Part shown: positions 52,953 through 62,232 of the stretch, one piece after another | How the letters are laid out: every line of letters starts with the position of its first letter | How positions within the stretch are numbered: position 1 is the first letter of the stretch | Source of the DNA: Gemmatimonadales bacterium | Lineage (GTDB): Bacteria; Gemmatimonadota; Gemmatimonadetes; Gemmatimonadales; GWC2-71-9 | DNA: 64,000 nucleotides | Assembly: GCA_035251445.1 (NCBI GenBank) | Contig: DATFEG010000040.1 | Coordinates: forward strand, 15,261 to 79,260 | Direction of reading: 5' to 3' | Program-made: the position numbers and the translations under genes | The notes under the pieces: generated by a model | Database searches by the model: none | Told to the model about the DNA's origin: nothing | The model's input: only the letters and a program-made list of their open reading frames with translations

Positions 52953-53968
52953 GCCAACGAGTCCTCGTGACCGGCGGGGCGGGCTACATCGGCAGTATCC
53001 TGGTCGACCAGCTGCTCGAGCGAGACTACGCGGTCTTCGTGCTCGACGATCTGAGCAGGGGTCACGTCGAGTCCGTGGCTCGGGGGGCGAGGTTTGTCCA
53101 AGGCAACGTCGGCAACCGGGAGCTGGTAGAGGCGCTGCTCGAGCGCGAACGGATCGAGTCCGTCGTGCACTTGGCGGCATTCGCGCTCGTGGCGGAGTCG
53201 GTCGCTGAGCCTCAGAAGTACGTGACCAACAATGTCGAGGCGGGTCGTGTACTGTTGGACGCCGTGGCACACGTCGGGGTGAGACGATTCGTTTTTTCCT
53301 CATCCTGCGCTGTCTACGGGCATCCGGAGAAGGTTCCGATCACGGAGGACACACCTCAGCGGCCGGTGAACCCATATGGGGAGACCAAGCGCGATTTGGA
53401 GAAGCTTCTCGGCGATATGGGACCGCGACACGGCTTTGGCGTTGTGAGCTTGCGCTACTTCAATGCCTCGGGCGCGACTCACCGATTGGGCGAGGATCAC
53501 GACCCGGAGACCCACCTGATTCCGAATGTGCTGGCAGTCGCGCTGGGGAAGCAGACGGCAGTCAACGTGTATGGTACCGACTACCCCACGCCGGATGGGA
53601 CCGCGGTGCGAGATTACGTGCACGTCGTAGACATCGCCGACGCCCACGTTCGCGCGCTCGAGATTCCGCTCGACGGAGCGGACGGCGGGCGGGGACCCGT
53701 GCCGGTCGCGCTGAACCTGGGTACGGGAGGCGGTCATTCGGTGCAAGAGGTCGTCGACGCGGCGCAGCGAGTGACGGGCAAGAAATTGAAAACGTTGCGA
53801 CAGCCGCGCCGTCCCGGCGATCCGCCCGAGCTCGTGGCGGCGGTGGACCGCGCAAAGGCTGTGCTCGGTTGGCGGGCGTCGCGGTCGAGTCTCGAGGAGA
53901 TTCTGGAGGACGCCTGGCGCTGGCATCGCGCGCATCCGCAAGGTTATCGAGGGGGAGGGGGAGCGTAA
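52949..53968 (+). CDS. galE: UDP-glucose 4-epimerase
   Basis: VLVTGGAGYIGS...YGETK...LRYFNASGA. Confidence 0.88.
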   Translation: MSQRVLVTGGAGYIGSILVDQLLERDYAVFVLDDLSRGHVESVARGARFVQGNVGNRELVEALLERERIESVVHLAAFALVAESVAEPQKYVTNNVEAGRVLLDAVAHVGVRRFVFSSSCAVYGHPEKVPITEDTPQRPVNPYGETKRDLEKLLGDMGPRHGFGVVSLRYFNASGATHRLGEDHDPETHLIPNVLAVALGKQTAVNVYGTDYPTPDGTAVRDYVHVVDIADAHVRALEIPLDGADGGRGPVPVALNLGTGGGHSVQEVVDAAQRVTGKKLKTLRQPRRPGDPPELVAAVDRAKAVLGWRASRSSLEEILEDAWRWHRAHPQGYRGGGGA

Positions 53969-54697
53969 GTGCTACAAGCTCGAGGAGCGATTCCGACCAC
54001 ACCGTGGGAGCTGGTACTCACCTCCAGTCCCGAAACGCAATTCGTGCTCGCAGTGCTTGCCGTCTTCTCGCTCGTGTCGTGGTACCTGATCATCCTCAAG
54101 TGGTGGCAATTCCGCCGCATGCGGCACCTCGCCGACCGTTTTCTCGTCGAGGTCGAGAAGGCGCCGCGGCTGGAGGACGCCTATCACGCCGCGATGCGGC
54201 TGCCGCCGTCCCCCTACAATCGGCTGCTGCGTGAGGCCGTGCATTTCTTCTCCGAGCTCAAACCAGGTTCACTGAAGGGCACACCCACGCCTATAGCGGC
54301 GACGCCAGCCGCGACCTCGACCCTGACGACGACGCAGCTCGAGGCGCTACGCATGGTGCTTGCAAAAGAAGTTGCCGCGGAGCGTGATACTGCGGCGCGC
54401 TTCCTCCCGTGGCTCGCCACGTTTGGTTCCGTCAGCCCGCTCCTCGGGTTGCTCGGCACGGTGCTCGGGGTGATGGATGCATTCATCGGCATTGCTGTCG
54501 GCGGTTCCGGCAATATTGCGGCCGTCGCCCCCGGGGTCGCGGAAGCGCTCGTGACTACCGTCGGTGGACTGGCGGTCGCGGTCCCTGCGGTTATGGCTTA
54601 CAACCTGTACGTCAACCGCCTCGGTCTGTTCGCCGGTGAGCTCGAGGGATTCGCTCAAGAGATCGTGGGCACCTTAGCCCGGGAAGGGAGGATCTGA
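53969..54697 (+). CDS. tolQ: MotA/TolQ/ExbB proton-channel protein
   Basis: FGSVSPLLGLLGTVLGVMDAF... Heads a tolR-tolB-pal cluster. Confidence 0.85.
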   Translation: MLQARGAIPTTPWELVLTSSPETQFVLAVLAVFSLVSWYLIILKWWQFRRMRHLADRFLVEVEKAPRLEDAYHAAMRLPPSPYNRLLREAVHFFSELKPGSLKGTPTPIAATPAATSTLTTTQLEALRMVLAKEVAAERDTAARFLPWLATFGSVSPLLGLLGTVLGVMDAFIGIAVGGSGNIAAVAPGVAEALVTTVGGLAVAVPAVMAYNLYVNRLGLFAGELEGFAQEIVGTLAREGRI

Positions 54698-55134
54698 TGG
54701 CCGGACTCCTCGGCGGCGCGGGCGGCCTGCGAGGCCATGGCGAGTTGCCGCTCAACGCCGACATCAATGTCACGTCGCTCGTGGACGTCGCGTTCGTACT
54801 ACTAATCATCTTCATGATCACGGCACCCATCATGCAGGGTGGCGTGGACGTACGGCTCCCCCGCGCGCAGGTACGAGCCATCGAGCCCAAGGAGGGATTG
54901 GTCGTCACCGTCGATTCGGACGGCAGGATTTACCTCGACCAGGCTGGGCTCTCCTATGATGACTTCAGCGCCACGTTCCCGGCCTTCGTGCGAACGAAAC
55001 GGCCTACCGGGGTGTATCTGCGGGCCGACGGCCGCGTGGCGTATGCTCGTGTCGTGCAGGTGCTTGCGGTGATACGCGCGGCCGGCGTCCAGGATGTCGG
55101 ACTTGTCGCGGAACCGGAGACGATCAATCGATGA
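54697..55134 (+). CDS. tolR: ExbD/TolR family protein
   Basis: DINVTSLVDVAFVLLIIFMITAP. Confidence 0.85.
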   Translation: MAGLLGGAGGLRGHGELPLNADINVTSLVDVAFVLLIIFMITAPIMQGGVDVRLPRAQVRAIEPKEGLVVTVDSDGRIYLDQAGLSYDDFSATFPAFVRTKRPTGVYLRADGRVAYARVVQVLAVIRAAGVQDVGLVAEPETINR

Positions 55135-55811
55135 AACGACGTCGCGCCCCAGCCCCCGTAGGAATGGCCTTGACCGGCACGCTCGTCGTGCACGGGTTGG
55201 CGGGGGCATTCATATTCGCGACGCCGGGCAGCCAGAAACGGCTGCCGCCCACGTATACGGTGCGCTTGATCGCCGCTCCAGCGGCTGACCTCGAGTCGCG
55301 AAAAGCGCCGGAAGCATTTGAGCGGCCCGCAGAGGAGAAGCCGGCACCGGTTCCCAAGATCAAGACGCCGCGGAGCACGGTGTCCCGGGCAACCCCGCCG
55401 GCCACGCGCGACCAGACGAAACGTGAGGCCGCTCCACGCACGACGCCCCAAAACCAGCCTCTCCCCGGAGAGCGGCCGTCCACGGGAAACGACATTGCGA
55501 CGGTCAGCACCGAGGGCATCGCATTCCCGTTCCCCGAGTACTTGCAGAACATCGTGACGCAGGTGTTGCGGCGCTGGCAACGACCCGCGCAGACAACGCC
55601 GCTCGAGGCGGAGCTCTCATTCTTCGTGCATCGCAGCGGGGCCGTGACCGATCTCCAATTCATCAAGCGCTCGGGCAACTTCGCATTCGATCTCGAGGCG
55701 CAGGGAGCGATCGAAGAGGCCGGCCGATTCAAGGCCTTCGGCATGCTGCCGGACGGATGGACGTCGGACGTGCTGTTCGTGCGGTTTTATTTCTCGGGGC
55801 GGAGACAATGA
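55131..55811 (+). CDS. TonB C-terminal domain protein (TolA-position)
   Basis: N-terminal TM, Pro/Lys/Ala-rich spacer, and a TonB_C-like C-terminus. Confidence 0.7.
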   Translation: MKRRRAPAPVGMALTGTLVVHGLAGAFIFATPGSQKRLPPTYTVRLIAAPAADLESRKAPEAFERPAEEKPAPVPKIKTPRSTVSRATPPATRDQTKREAAPRTTPQNQPLPGERPSTGNDIATVSTEGIAFPFPEYLQNIVTQVLRRWQRPAQTTPLEAELSFFVHRSGAVTDLQFIKRSGNFAFDLEAQGAIEEAGRFKAFGMLPDGWTSDVLFVRFYFSGRRQ

Positions 55812-57190
55812 CGCCGCTACTGCTTGCCGCGCTGCTGGCGGTACAGGATACGTCGGCCATCGACCGCGGCGTGCGCATCGGCATCGTCTATCGGCCCGGT
55901 GTGCGTCCCGGCATGGTGATGCTGCCGAGAAGGGGCCTCGATACCGTGCGGGCCATCGTCGCGCGCGATCTCGACTACAGCGACCGGTTCGAAATCATCA
56001 CGCTGCCGGGTGGGGACTCGATCCGGCTTGCCGCCAGCGCGCCAGCGAGCAGCGCAGCGACCCCTCGCAAAGGAGCGGGGCGTACGACGCAGAGCGCCGC
56101 GGGCTCACGCGCGCGAGGGGGCGGCGCCCAAGCGATTGGGTCGCTGAACTATCCGCTGTATCAGGCACTCGGAGCGGATTTCGCGCTCGACATCACCACG
56201 GCCGGCGACACGACCGTCGCCACGCTGCACGACGTCGGCGCCGCCGGAGTGCGTCGCGCGATCCGCGCGGTGTTGCCCCCCGCGACCGACCGCGACTTCC
56301 GGCAAGCTGCGCATCGACTCGCGGATCAGATCGTGCTGGCAGCAGTCGGAGCGCCAGGTATCGGCGCGACGCGGGTGCTGTTCGTCAGAGACGGCAAGGT
56401 GTGGCAAATCGATCAGGACGGCGCCGACCAGAAGCTGGTCTCGTCCACCAACCGGCAGGCGATGTCTCCCGCATGGGCCGCTGACGCGAGGCACTTTGCC
56501 TACATGGAATTCCAGTCGGGAAAGGGGTGGCTCTACCTGCAGGACATGGTGACGGGCAGGCGGAACCCGGTATCCACGACGGGGACCGCGCTCGACTTCA
56601 CGCCGGCGTTTGCGCCCGATGGCGCCACCATGGCGTTCAGTCGAGCGACGGAAGAGGGCACGGACCTTTATACCATTAACATCAAGAACAACTGTTGCTT
56701 ACGCCGCTTGACCGTAGGGCGCTTTTCAGACAACTTGTCCCCGACGTTCAGCCCTGACGGGCAGCGTATTGCCTTCGTGTCAACGCGCCCGGGCCTGCCG
56801 CAGATTTACGTCATGGCGGCAGACGGAACGGACCAGCAATTGTTTGCGCCGTTTGACTATGGCGTGACTGGTTCGTCCAACGCTCCGGAGTGGTCACCCG
56901 ATGGGCAATCGGTGGCGTTTCATCGGGACGTGGCGGGCACGCTGCAGGTGTTCGTGCTGGATGTGCGCACTCGCACAGTCCGGCAGCTCACCTCGGTGGG
57001 GCGCAACGAGGATCCGAGTTGGGCCCCCGACAGCCGTCATCTCGCCTTTGTGTCCGACCGGTCGGGCTACCGCCAGTTGTGGATTATCGATCTCGACACC
57101 GGCCGAATCCGGCCGCTCCTGCAGGTAAGCGGCGCGCGTTTGCCGGCGTGGTCTCCACGGCTTACGGAGGCTCCTTCAACAACCCCCTGA
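55808..57190 (+). CDS. tolB: Tol-Pal system beta-propeller protein TolB
   Basis: Repeated SP.FSPDG...AF motifs. ATGA overlap with the upstream stop. Confidence 0.85.
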   Translation: MTPLLLAALLAVQDTSAIDRGVRIGIVYRPGVRPGMVMLPRRGLDTVRAIVARDLDYSDRFEIITLPGGDSIRLAASAPASSAATPRKGAGRTTQSAAGSRARGGGAQAIGSLNYPLYQALGADFALDITTAGDTTVATLHDVGAAGVRRAIRAVLPPATDRDFRQAAHRLADQIVLAAVGAPGIGATRVLFVRDGKVWQIDQDGADQKLVSSTNRQAMSPAWAADARHFAYMEFQSGKGWLYLQDMVTGRRNPVSTTGTALDFTPAFAPDGATMAFSRATEEGTDLYTINIKNNCCLRRLTVGRFSDNLSPTFSPDGQRIAFVSTRPGLPQIYVMAADGTDQQLFAPFDYGVTGSSNAPEWSPDGQSVAFHRDVAGTLQVFVLDVRTRTVRQLTSVGRNEDPSWAPDSRHLAFVSDRSGYRQLWIIDLDTGRIRPLLQVSGARLPAWSPRLTEAPSTTP

Positions 57191-57203
57191 GCGGAGAAAT
57201 AGG

Positions 57204-57818
57204 ATGAAATCGGTATCGTTGCTCCTCGTGATCGGCCTGAGCATCGCGACCGTCGCGGGCGCGTGCGGCGGTGGCAGTCCCCCTCCGGAGAATCCGTCGC
57301 CAGTCGACACCGCGGCCGAGAACCAGCGGATGCGCGATTCCATCGCCGCCGCACAGGCCGATGCGGAGCGCGCGGCGGCAGCCGAACGAGAACGCCTCGA
57401 GCAACAGCGCATCGCAGATTCGCTCGCGGCGCTTGCGCGCGCGGGCGATGAAGTGCGTGCCATGCTGGGCACGATGATCCACTTCGACTATGACCGGTCG
57501 AACATCCGCCCGGACGACATGGGCGCGCTCGACCAGAAAGTCGCGATCATGCAGGCCAATCCCGATCTGCGCATCCGAATCGGCGGGCACTGCGACGAGC
57601 GAGGGTCGGATGAGTACAACCTGGCGCTCGGCAACCGTCGCGCGCAGGCTGCCAAGCAGTACCTTGTGAGCCACGGCGTCGACGCGAACCGCATCGAAAC
57701 GCAATCGTGGGGCGAGGAGCGGCCGCTCGTCGACGGGCATGACGAATCGGCCTGGTCGCAGAACCGCCGCAGCGAGTTCGAAGCCATCGGTGGTGGCGAG
57801 AATCTGCGGCGGCCGTAG
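57204..57818 (+). CDS. pal: Peptidoglycan-associated lipoprotein (OmpA family)
   Basis: Lipobox VAGAC. FDYDRSNIRP...GHCDERGSDEYNLALGNRRA...NRRSEF. Confidence 0.88.
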   Translation: MKSVSLLLVIGLSIATVAGACGGGSPPPENPSPVDTAAENQRMRDSIAAAQADAERAAAAERERLEQQRIADSLAALARAGDEVRAMLGTMIHFDYDRSNIRPDDMGALDQKVAIMQANPDLRIRIGGHCDERGSDEYNLALGNRRAQAAKQYLVSHGVDANRIETQSWGEERPLVDGHDESAWSQNRRSEFEAIGGGENLRRP

Positions 57819-58566
57819 CGCGCTCGCGCTGAGCGTGGTCCTGGCCGGATGCGCCCTCAAAGGGGACGTCCGGAAAGTGGAGCTCCAGGTTCAGTCGCTG
57901 CAGGCCGAGCTCGCCAAGAGTGATGCGGCACGGGCGGCGGAGCAGGACACGGTCCTGGCCGCCGTCCAGGTGCTGCAAAGGGCTCTGACAACGCAGCAGG
58001 CTTACCTCGTTCAGATGCGCGGCGATTTGCGCACCGAGCTGATCTCGATCGAACAGCAGCTCGTCGCGATACAAGAGTTGACCGGCCAAAGCCAGCAGCG
58101 TTTGACCGAGCTGCGGTCCCGGCTGGAAACCCGGTCGTCGCAGCCCGACCCCAACGCGGTCCCCGTCGGACCGTCGGGGAACCCGTCTGGACCGGGACCA
58201 GATCAGATGTACGATGCCTCGCTGCAACAGTACCGACGCGGCAGCAATGCTACCGCGCGAACGGGATTCCGGGAGTTTCTGCGCGTCTACCCGTCGCACG
58301 AGCGGGCTCCCGATGCCCTGTACTACGTCGGGGAAAGTTTTGAGCAGGCGGCTCCCGATTCCGCCGCTGCGGTGTACGATCAACTCGTGAAGGGCTACCC
58401 CAACTCCTCGCGCGCCCCCTCGGCGCTGTACAAGCTGGGCCGCCTCGCCGAACAGCGCGGCGACCGGAACGCTGCGCGCAACTATTACCAGCGCGTGATC
58501 GCGGGCTATCCGCGGTCGCCAGAGGCTGATCTCGCGCGGCAAAACCAGCAACGCCTCCGGCAGTAG
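57739..58566 (+). CDS. cpoB: Tol-Pal system protein CpoB/YbgF (coiled coil + TPR)
   Basis: Lipobox-like VVLAGC, coiled-coil region, then YPSHERAPDALYYVGES...YPNSSRAPSALYKLG. The start is uncertain because the ORF overlaps the pal 3' end. Confidence 0.8.
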   Translation: MTNRPGRRTAAASSKPSVVARICGGRSALALSVVLAGCALKGDVRKVELQVQSLQAELAKSDAARAAEQDTVLAAVQVLQRALTTQQAYLVQMRGDLRTELISIEQQLVAIQELTGQSQQRLTELRSRLETRSSQPDPNAVPVGPSGNPSGPGPDQMYDASLQQYRRGSNATARTGFREFLRVYPSHERAPDALYYVGESFEQAAPDSAAAVYDQLVKGYPNSSRAPSALYKLGRLAEQRGDRNAARNYYQRVIAGYPRSPEADLARQNQQRLRQ

Positions 58567-58596
58567 CCGGGCCCCGCCGGCCCCCGAGTTCCCACA

Positions 58597-61500
58597 ATGA
58601 CTGCGCGCGGTGAGATGCCGTTTCTCGAACATCTCGAGGAGCTGCGTTGGCGCATCCTCTGGAGTCTTGGCGCCATCGTGGTGGGCACGATCATCGGATG
58701 GCTGGTGCTCGAGCGCGTGGACATCATCGAGCTGTTGAAGCGGCCCATCGCCCCCTATCTGCCGGGGGGGCGTCTCGTCTTTACGAGCCCCGCCGAGCCG
58801 TTCATGCTCTCGCTCAAGGTGGCGTTCGCGCTGGGGTGCCTGCTCGCGTCTCCCATCGTGATCTATCAGGTCTGGGCCTTTCTGGCGCCGGCTCTGTACC
58901 AACGAGAGAAGCGCTTGATCGTGCCCGCGCTGGCGGTTGGGGTGGTCCTGTTCCTGGCCGGGGCATACGCCTGCTACGAGTGGCTCCTGCCGGCGGCGCT
59001 CAGAGTGCTGCTGGGCTTTCAGGCCGCCGACCTGACGCCAATGATCACGATCGACCGCTACTTCGGGATGGCGGTGCCGTTCGTGATCGGCTGTGGCTTG
59101 ATTGCCGAGCTGCCCCTGGTCGTCACGATTCTGGCGTCGCTTGGTGTCGTCACGCCGCAGTTTCTCGCCCGCCAGCGTCGGTTTGCGGTCGTGATCGCCG
59201 CCTTCCTCGCCGCCATTCTCACGCCGCCCGACGCCGTCTCGATGCTGCTGATGCTCGGGCCGTTGGTATTGCTGTACGAGTTCAGTATCTGGTGCGCCTG
59301 GGTGGCGAGCCGGCGGCGCGCGCGACGGATGGCGGCCGCGATCGTCGTGCTGTTCCTGCTGATGGGAGGACCGCTTGCGGCGCAGAATCCTCCGCGGCCT
59401 CCGCCGCCTCCGCCACGACAGGGTACGCCGCAAGCGCGGCCACCTGCGCCCCAGGACACGGCGCGCCGCGGCAACATGGATACCGCTACGGCACGCCAGC
59501 TTGGACTGCCGACCGGGCCCACCCGCAGCTTTCCCGCTGCCGATCCCGTCATCGATTCATTGCTCAAGCTTCGGGGCTACAGCGTGACGCGGTACGTCGC
59601 CGACACGCTGATCGTTCAGGGGGACAGCCAAACCATTTTCCTGCGCAAAGAGGCGTACATCGATCGGGATGGCACACAGCTCGAAGCTGACACAGTGCGC
59701 TATCGAGAAGGCAGCTGCCAATTGAACGCCGGAGGTGACCCGCGACTGTTCGATCAAGGCACAGTCTTGGCCGGCGAAGGGATGCGCTACGATACGTGTT
59801 TACGCCGGGGCACGGTGCAAGACGCGCTCACCGAGTTCCAGCAGGGCGGCGCAAAGTGGCTCATGCGCGGCAATCTCGCGATAGACTCGGGAGCCTCTCG
59901 GGTGTACGCGGGACCAGCCAGGATCACCTCGGACCTCCAGCCGGTACCGGATTACCACTTTGCGGCGGGCGAAGCGAAGTGGATCAACAAGCGTACGATG
60001 GTCGCCCGGCCGGCGGTGCTCTACGTCCGTGACGTTCCCGTTATGTGGTTGCCGTTCATCTTCCAGGATATTCGAGGTGGGCGGCGAAGCGGTATCCTGT
60101 TCCCGCGCTTTGGCCTCAACGATCTGGTTCGTCCCACACGCTCGTACTCGCGGCACATCACAGACCTGGGCTACTACTTCGCGATCAACGACTATATGGA
60201 CCTGCTCGTCTCGGGCGACTGGTACGACGATCGCAACGTGTCATTTCACGCGCAGGCAGGCTATCGCTGGATCGATCGGTTCATGCAGGGGAGTCTGACG
60301 TATACGCGCACCACTGAGATCGGGGAGGGAGGCGGGTCGCGGAATACGCGCATTGGCTGGCATCACTCGCAGAGCTTCGATGCACGCACGAATCTCAACG
60401 CGAACATCGACTACTCGAGCAACGGGAGGGTGATTCAGCGCAATTCGCTGAATCCGTTTGAGGTGACCTCCAGCGTTACGTCGGGCGCGAGTTTCAACAA
60501 GCGCTTTTCGTGGGCGACCCTGACCATCGGTGGCACCAGAAGTCAGGAACTGTCAGAAAATTCCACGAGACAGCAATTCCCAACGATCACCCTGACGCCG
60601 AGCGCGATCGCGATTACGCCGGCCATCAACTGGGCTCCGTCGTTTACCTACGCGAACGCACAGACGTTTCATACGACGGCTGGATTTTTGCCGATTCCTT
60701 CACAGCCGGGAGACTCCCTTCCCCTCACGAACGTACCGCTGTTTGCCAGCACGCGGACGACCACGATGAGTTTCGCTACTCCGATTCGAATCGGTCGATG
60801 GAATTGGACGAACAGCATCAACTACAGCGACGATGTGAGGCATGGCCGCACGGAGGTGAGGTTTACCGACTCCGCGGGGACCGTTCACCACCTCTTGTTC
60901 GCTGAAACGTTCACGACGAGTATCGAGTGGCAGACCGGCATTGGTTTGCCGACGCTGTTTACCGGCACATGGAAGCTTCAGCCGGGTGTGTCGATCGTGA
61001 ACACGACGAGTCAGGGCCCGTTCATGATCCGCAATCAGTTTACCGGCGGCGACTGGGTGCAGCAGGGAAAGCGGCTGCAGTTCTCGGCCAGCTCGTCCCC
61101 CACGTTCTTTGGATTCTTTCCGGGGTTCGGACCGTTTTCCCGAATCCGTCACTCCATTTCACCGCTCCTAAGTTGGCAGTATGCCCCAGGGGTCACCGTA
61201 GATCCAGCTTATGCGCGGGCGATTGATCCGACCGGCTTGCGTCTGGACACGCGCAGCGATCCGCAGCAGACCATCAACCTGGGACTGTCGCAAAACTTCG
61301 AAGCGAAATTAAAGCCGCCACCGGGGGACACATCGTCCTCTGCACCGCCGCGCAAGATCCGCCTGCTCAGCATCAATACAAGCGCGATCAGCTACAACAT
61401 TGAACAGGCCAAGCAGCCTCACCGCACGGGTTGGCAGACTTCTTCGCTGTCCAACACGTTCCTATCCGATCTCCTTCCCGGCTTTCAATTGGGAATCACT

Positions 61501-62106
61501 CACGATCTGTTCAAAGGCCAGGTAGGGACCGATTCGGCCGAGTTTGATCCATTCCTCTCGAGTCTCACGGCATCGTTCCAAGTCACGCCCGCGACACTAC
61601 ACGGTATAGCGCGACTGTTCGGTCTTCGTCGTGGCGAGCCGCCCCCCACCCCGACCGCGGATACGACCGGACAGCAAGACCTTCCAGGTTCGCAGTCGCC
61701 GCAGTTTCGCCAGTTTCAGGGGGCTACGCACACTGAAGTACTGCCCGGGTCCCCTATGGGCGGTGTGGGTCGCGGGTTCTCGCTTGGGGTCAGTTTCTCG
61801 AGCACTCGGAGCCGCTTGGACACGCTTCCCGCGTTGCGGAACGCGCCCGGACGTCAGGTGACAAACCTGACGCTGTCCTTCACGCCGACGCGCAACTGGA
61901 CGGTGAACTGGGGCACGTCATTCGATTTTGGCACGCGTCAATTCGCCCAGCATATGGTCCAGCTGAACCGTGACCTGCGGCGGTGGCGCGCGAGTTTTTC
62001 GTTCAACAAGACCGGATCGGGAAGCTTCGCGTTCACCTTCAACATCGCGCTCAACGACCAGCCGGACATCCGCTTCGACTACGACCAAACCACGTTCGTG
62101 CGCTAG
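58597..62106 (+). CDS. tatC: Twin-arginine translocase subunit TatC (aa 1-243) continuing without a stop into an LptD/OstA-like outer-membrane protein (aa 245-1169)
   Basis: TatC: MPFLEHLEELRWRI...LTPPDAVSM. This is followed by RRRARR-MAAAIVVLFLLMGGPLAAQ-NPPRPPPPPP and LptD-like VMWLPFIFQDIRGGRRSGILFPRFG. The internal ATG is at 59329. Confidence 0.7.
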   Translation: MTARGEMPFLEHLEELRWRILWSLGAIVVGTIIGWLVLERVDIIELLKRPIAPYLPGGRLVFTSPAEPFMLSLKVAFALGCLLASPIVIYQVWAFLAPALYQREKRLIVPALAVGVVLFLAGAYACYEWLLPAALRVLLGFQAADLTPMITIDRYFGMAVPFVIGCGLIAELPLVVTILASLGVVTPQFLARQRRFAVVIAAFLAAILTPPDAVSMLLMLGPLVLLYEFSIWCAWVASRRRARRMAAAIVVLFLLMGGPLAAQNPPRPPPPPPRQGTPQARPPAPQDTARRGNMDTATARQLGLPTGPTRSFPAADPVIDSLLKLRGYSVTRYVADTLIVQGDSQTIFLRKEAYIDRDGTQLEADTVRYREGSCQLNAGGDPRLFDQGTVLAGEGMRYDTCLRRGTVQDALTEFQQGGAKWLMRGNLAIDSGASRVYAGPARITSDLQPVPDYHFAAGEAKWINKRTMVARPAVLYVRDVPVMWLPFIFQDIRGGRRSGILFPRFGLNDLVRPTRSYSRHITDLGYYFAINDYMDLLVSGDWYDDRNVSFHAQAGYRWIDRFMQGSLTYTRTTEIGEGGGSRNTRIGWHHSQSFDARTNLNANIDYSSNGRVIQRNSLNPFEVTSSVTSGASFNKRFSWATLTIGGTRSQELSENSTRQQFPTITLTPSAIAITPAINWAPSFTYANAQTFHTTAGFLPIPSQPGDSLPLTNVPLFASTRTTTMSFATPIRIGRWNWTNSINYSDDVRHGRTEVRFTDSAGTVHHLLFAETFTTSIEWQTGIGLPTLFTGTWKLQPGVSIVNTTSQGPFMIRNQFTGGDWVQQGKRLQFSASSSPTFFGFFPGFGPFSRIRHSISPLLSWQYAPGVTVDPAYARAIDPTGLRLDTRSDPQQTINLGLSQNFEAKLKPPPGDTSSSAPPRKIRLLSINTSAISYNIEQAKQPHRTGWQTSSLSNTFLSDLLPGFQLGITHDLFKGQVGTDSAEFDPFLSSLTASFQVTPATLHGIARLFGLRRGEPPPTPTADTTGQQDLPGSQSPQFRQFQGATHTEVLPGSPMGGVGRGFSLGVSFSSTRSRLDTLPALRNAPGRQVTNLTLSFTPTRNWTVNWGTSFDFGTRQFAQHMVQLNRDLRRWRASFSFNKTGSGSFAFTFNIALNDQPDIRFDYDQTTFVR

Positions 62107-62232
62107 ACGCCTGTCCTCTCGCGGTGACAACGGTCCGCGCGCACCTCTCGTAACTGCCGGTAAAACAGCCACTTCGCTTCGGGCATGAGCCGTGCTTACT
62201 GCACGGTCGATTCCCCGTTCCGAGGCTCCTTT

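Noticed and set aside
57547-59433. 628-aa ORF on the - strand spanning pal, cpoB and tatC
   Set aside because: It crosses three well-supported + strand genes, and the product is Arg/Pro/Gln-rich low complexity.
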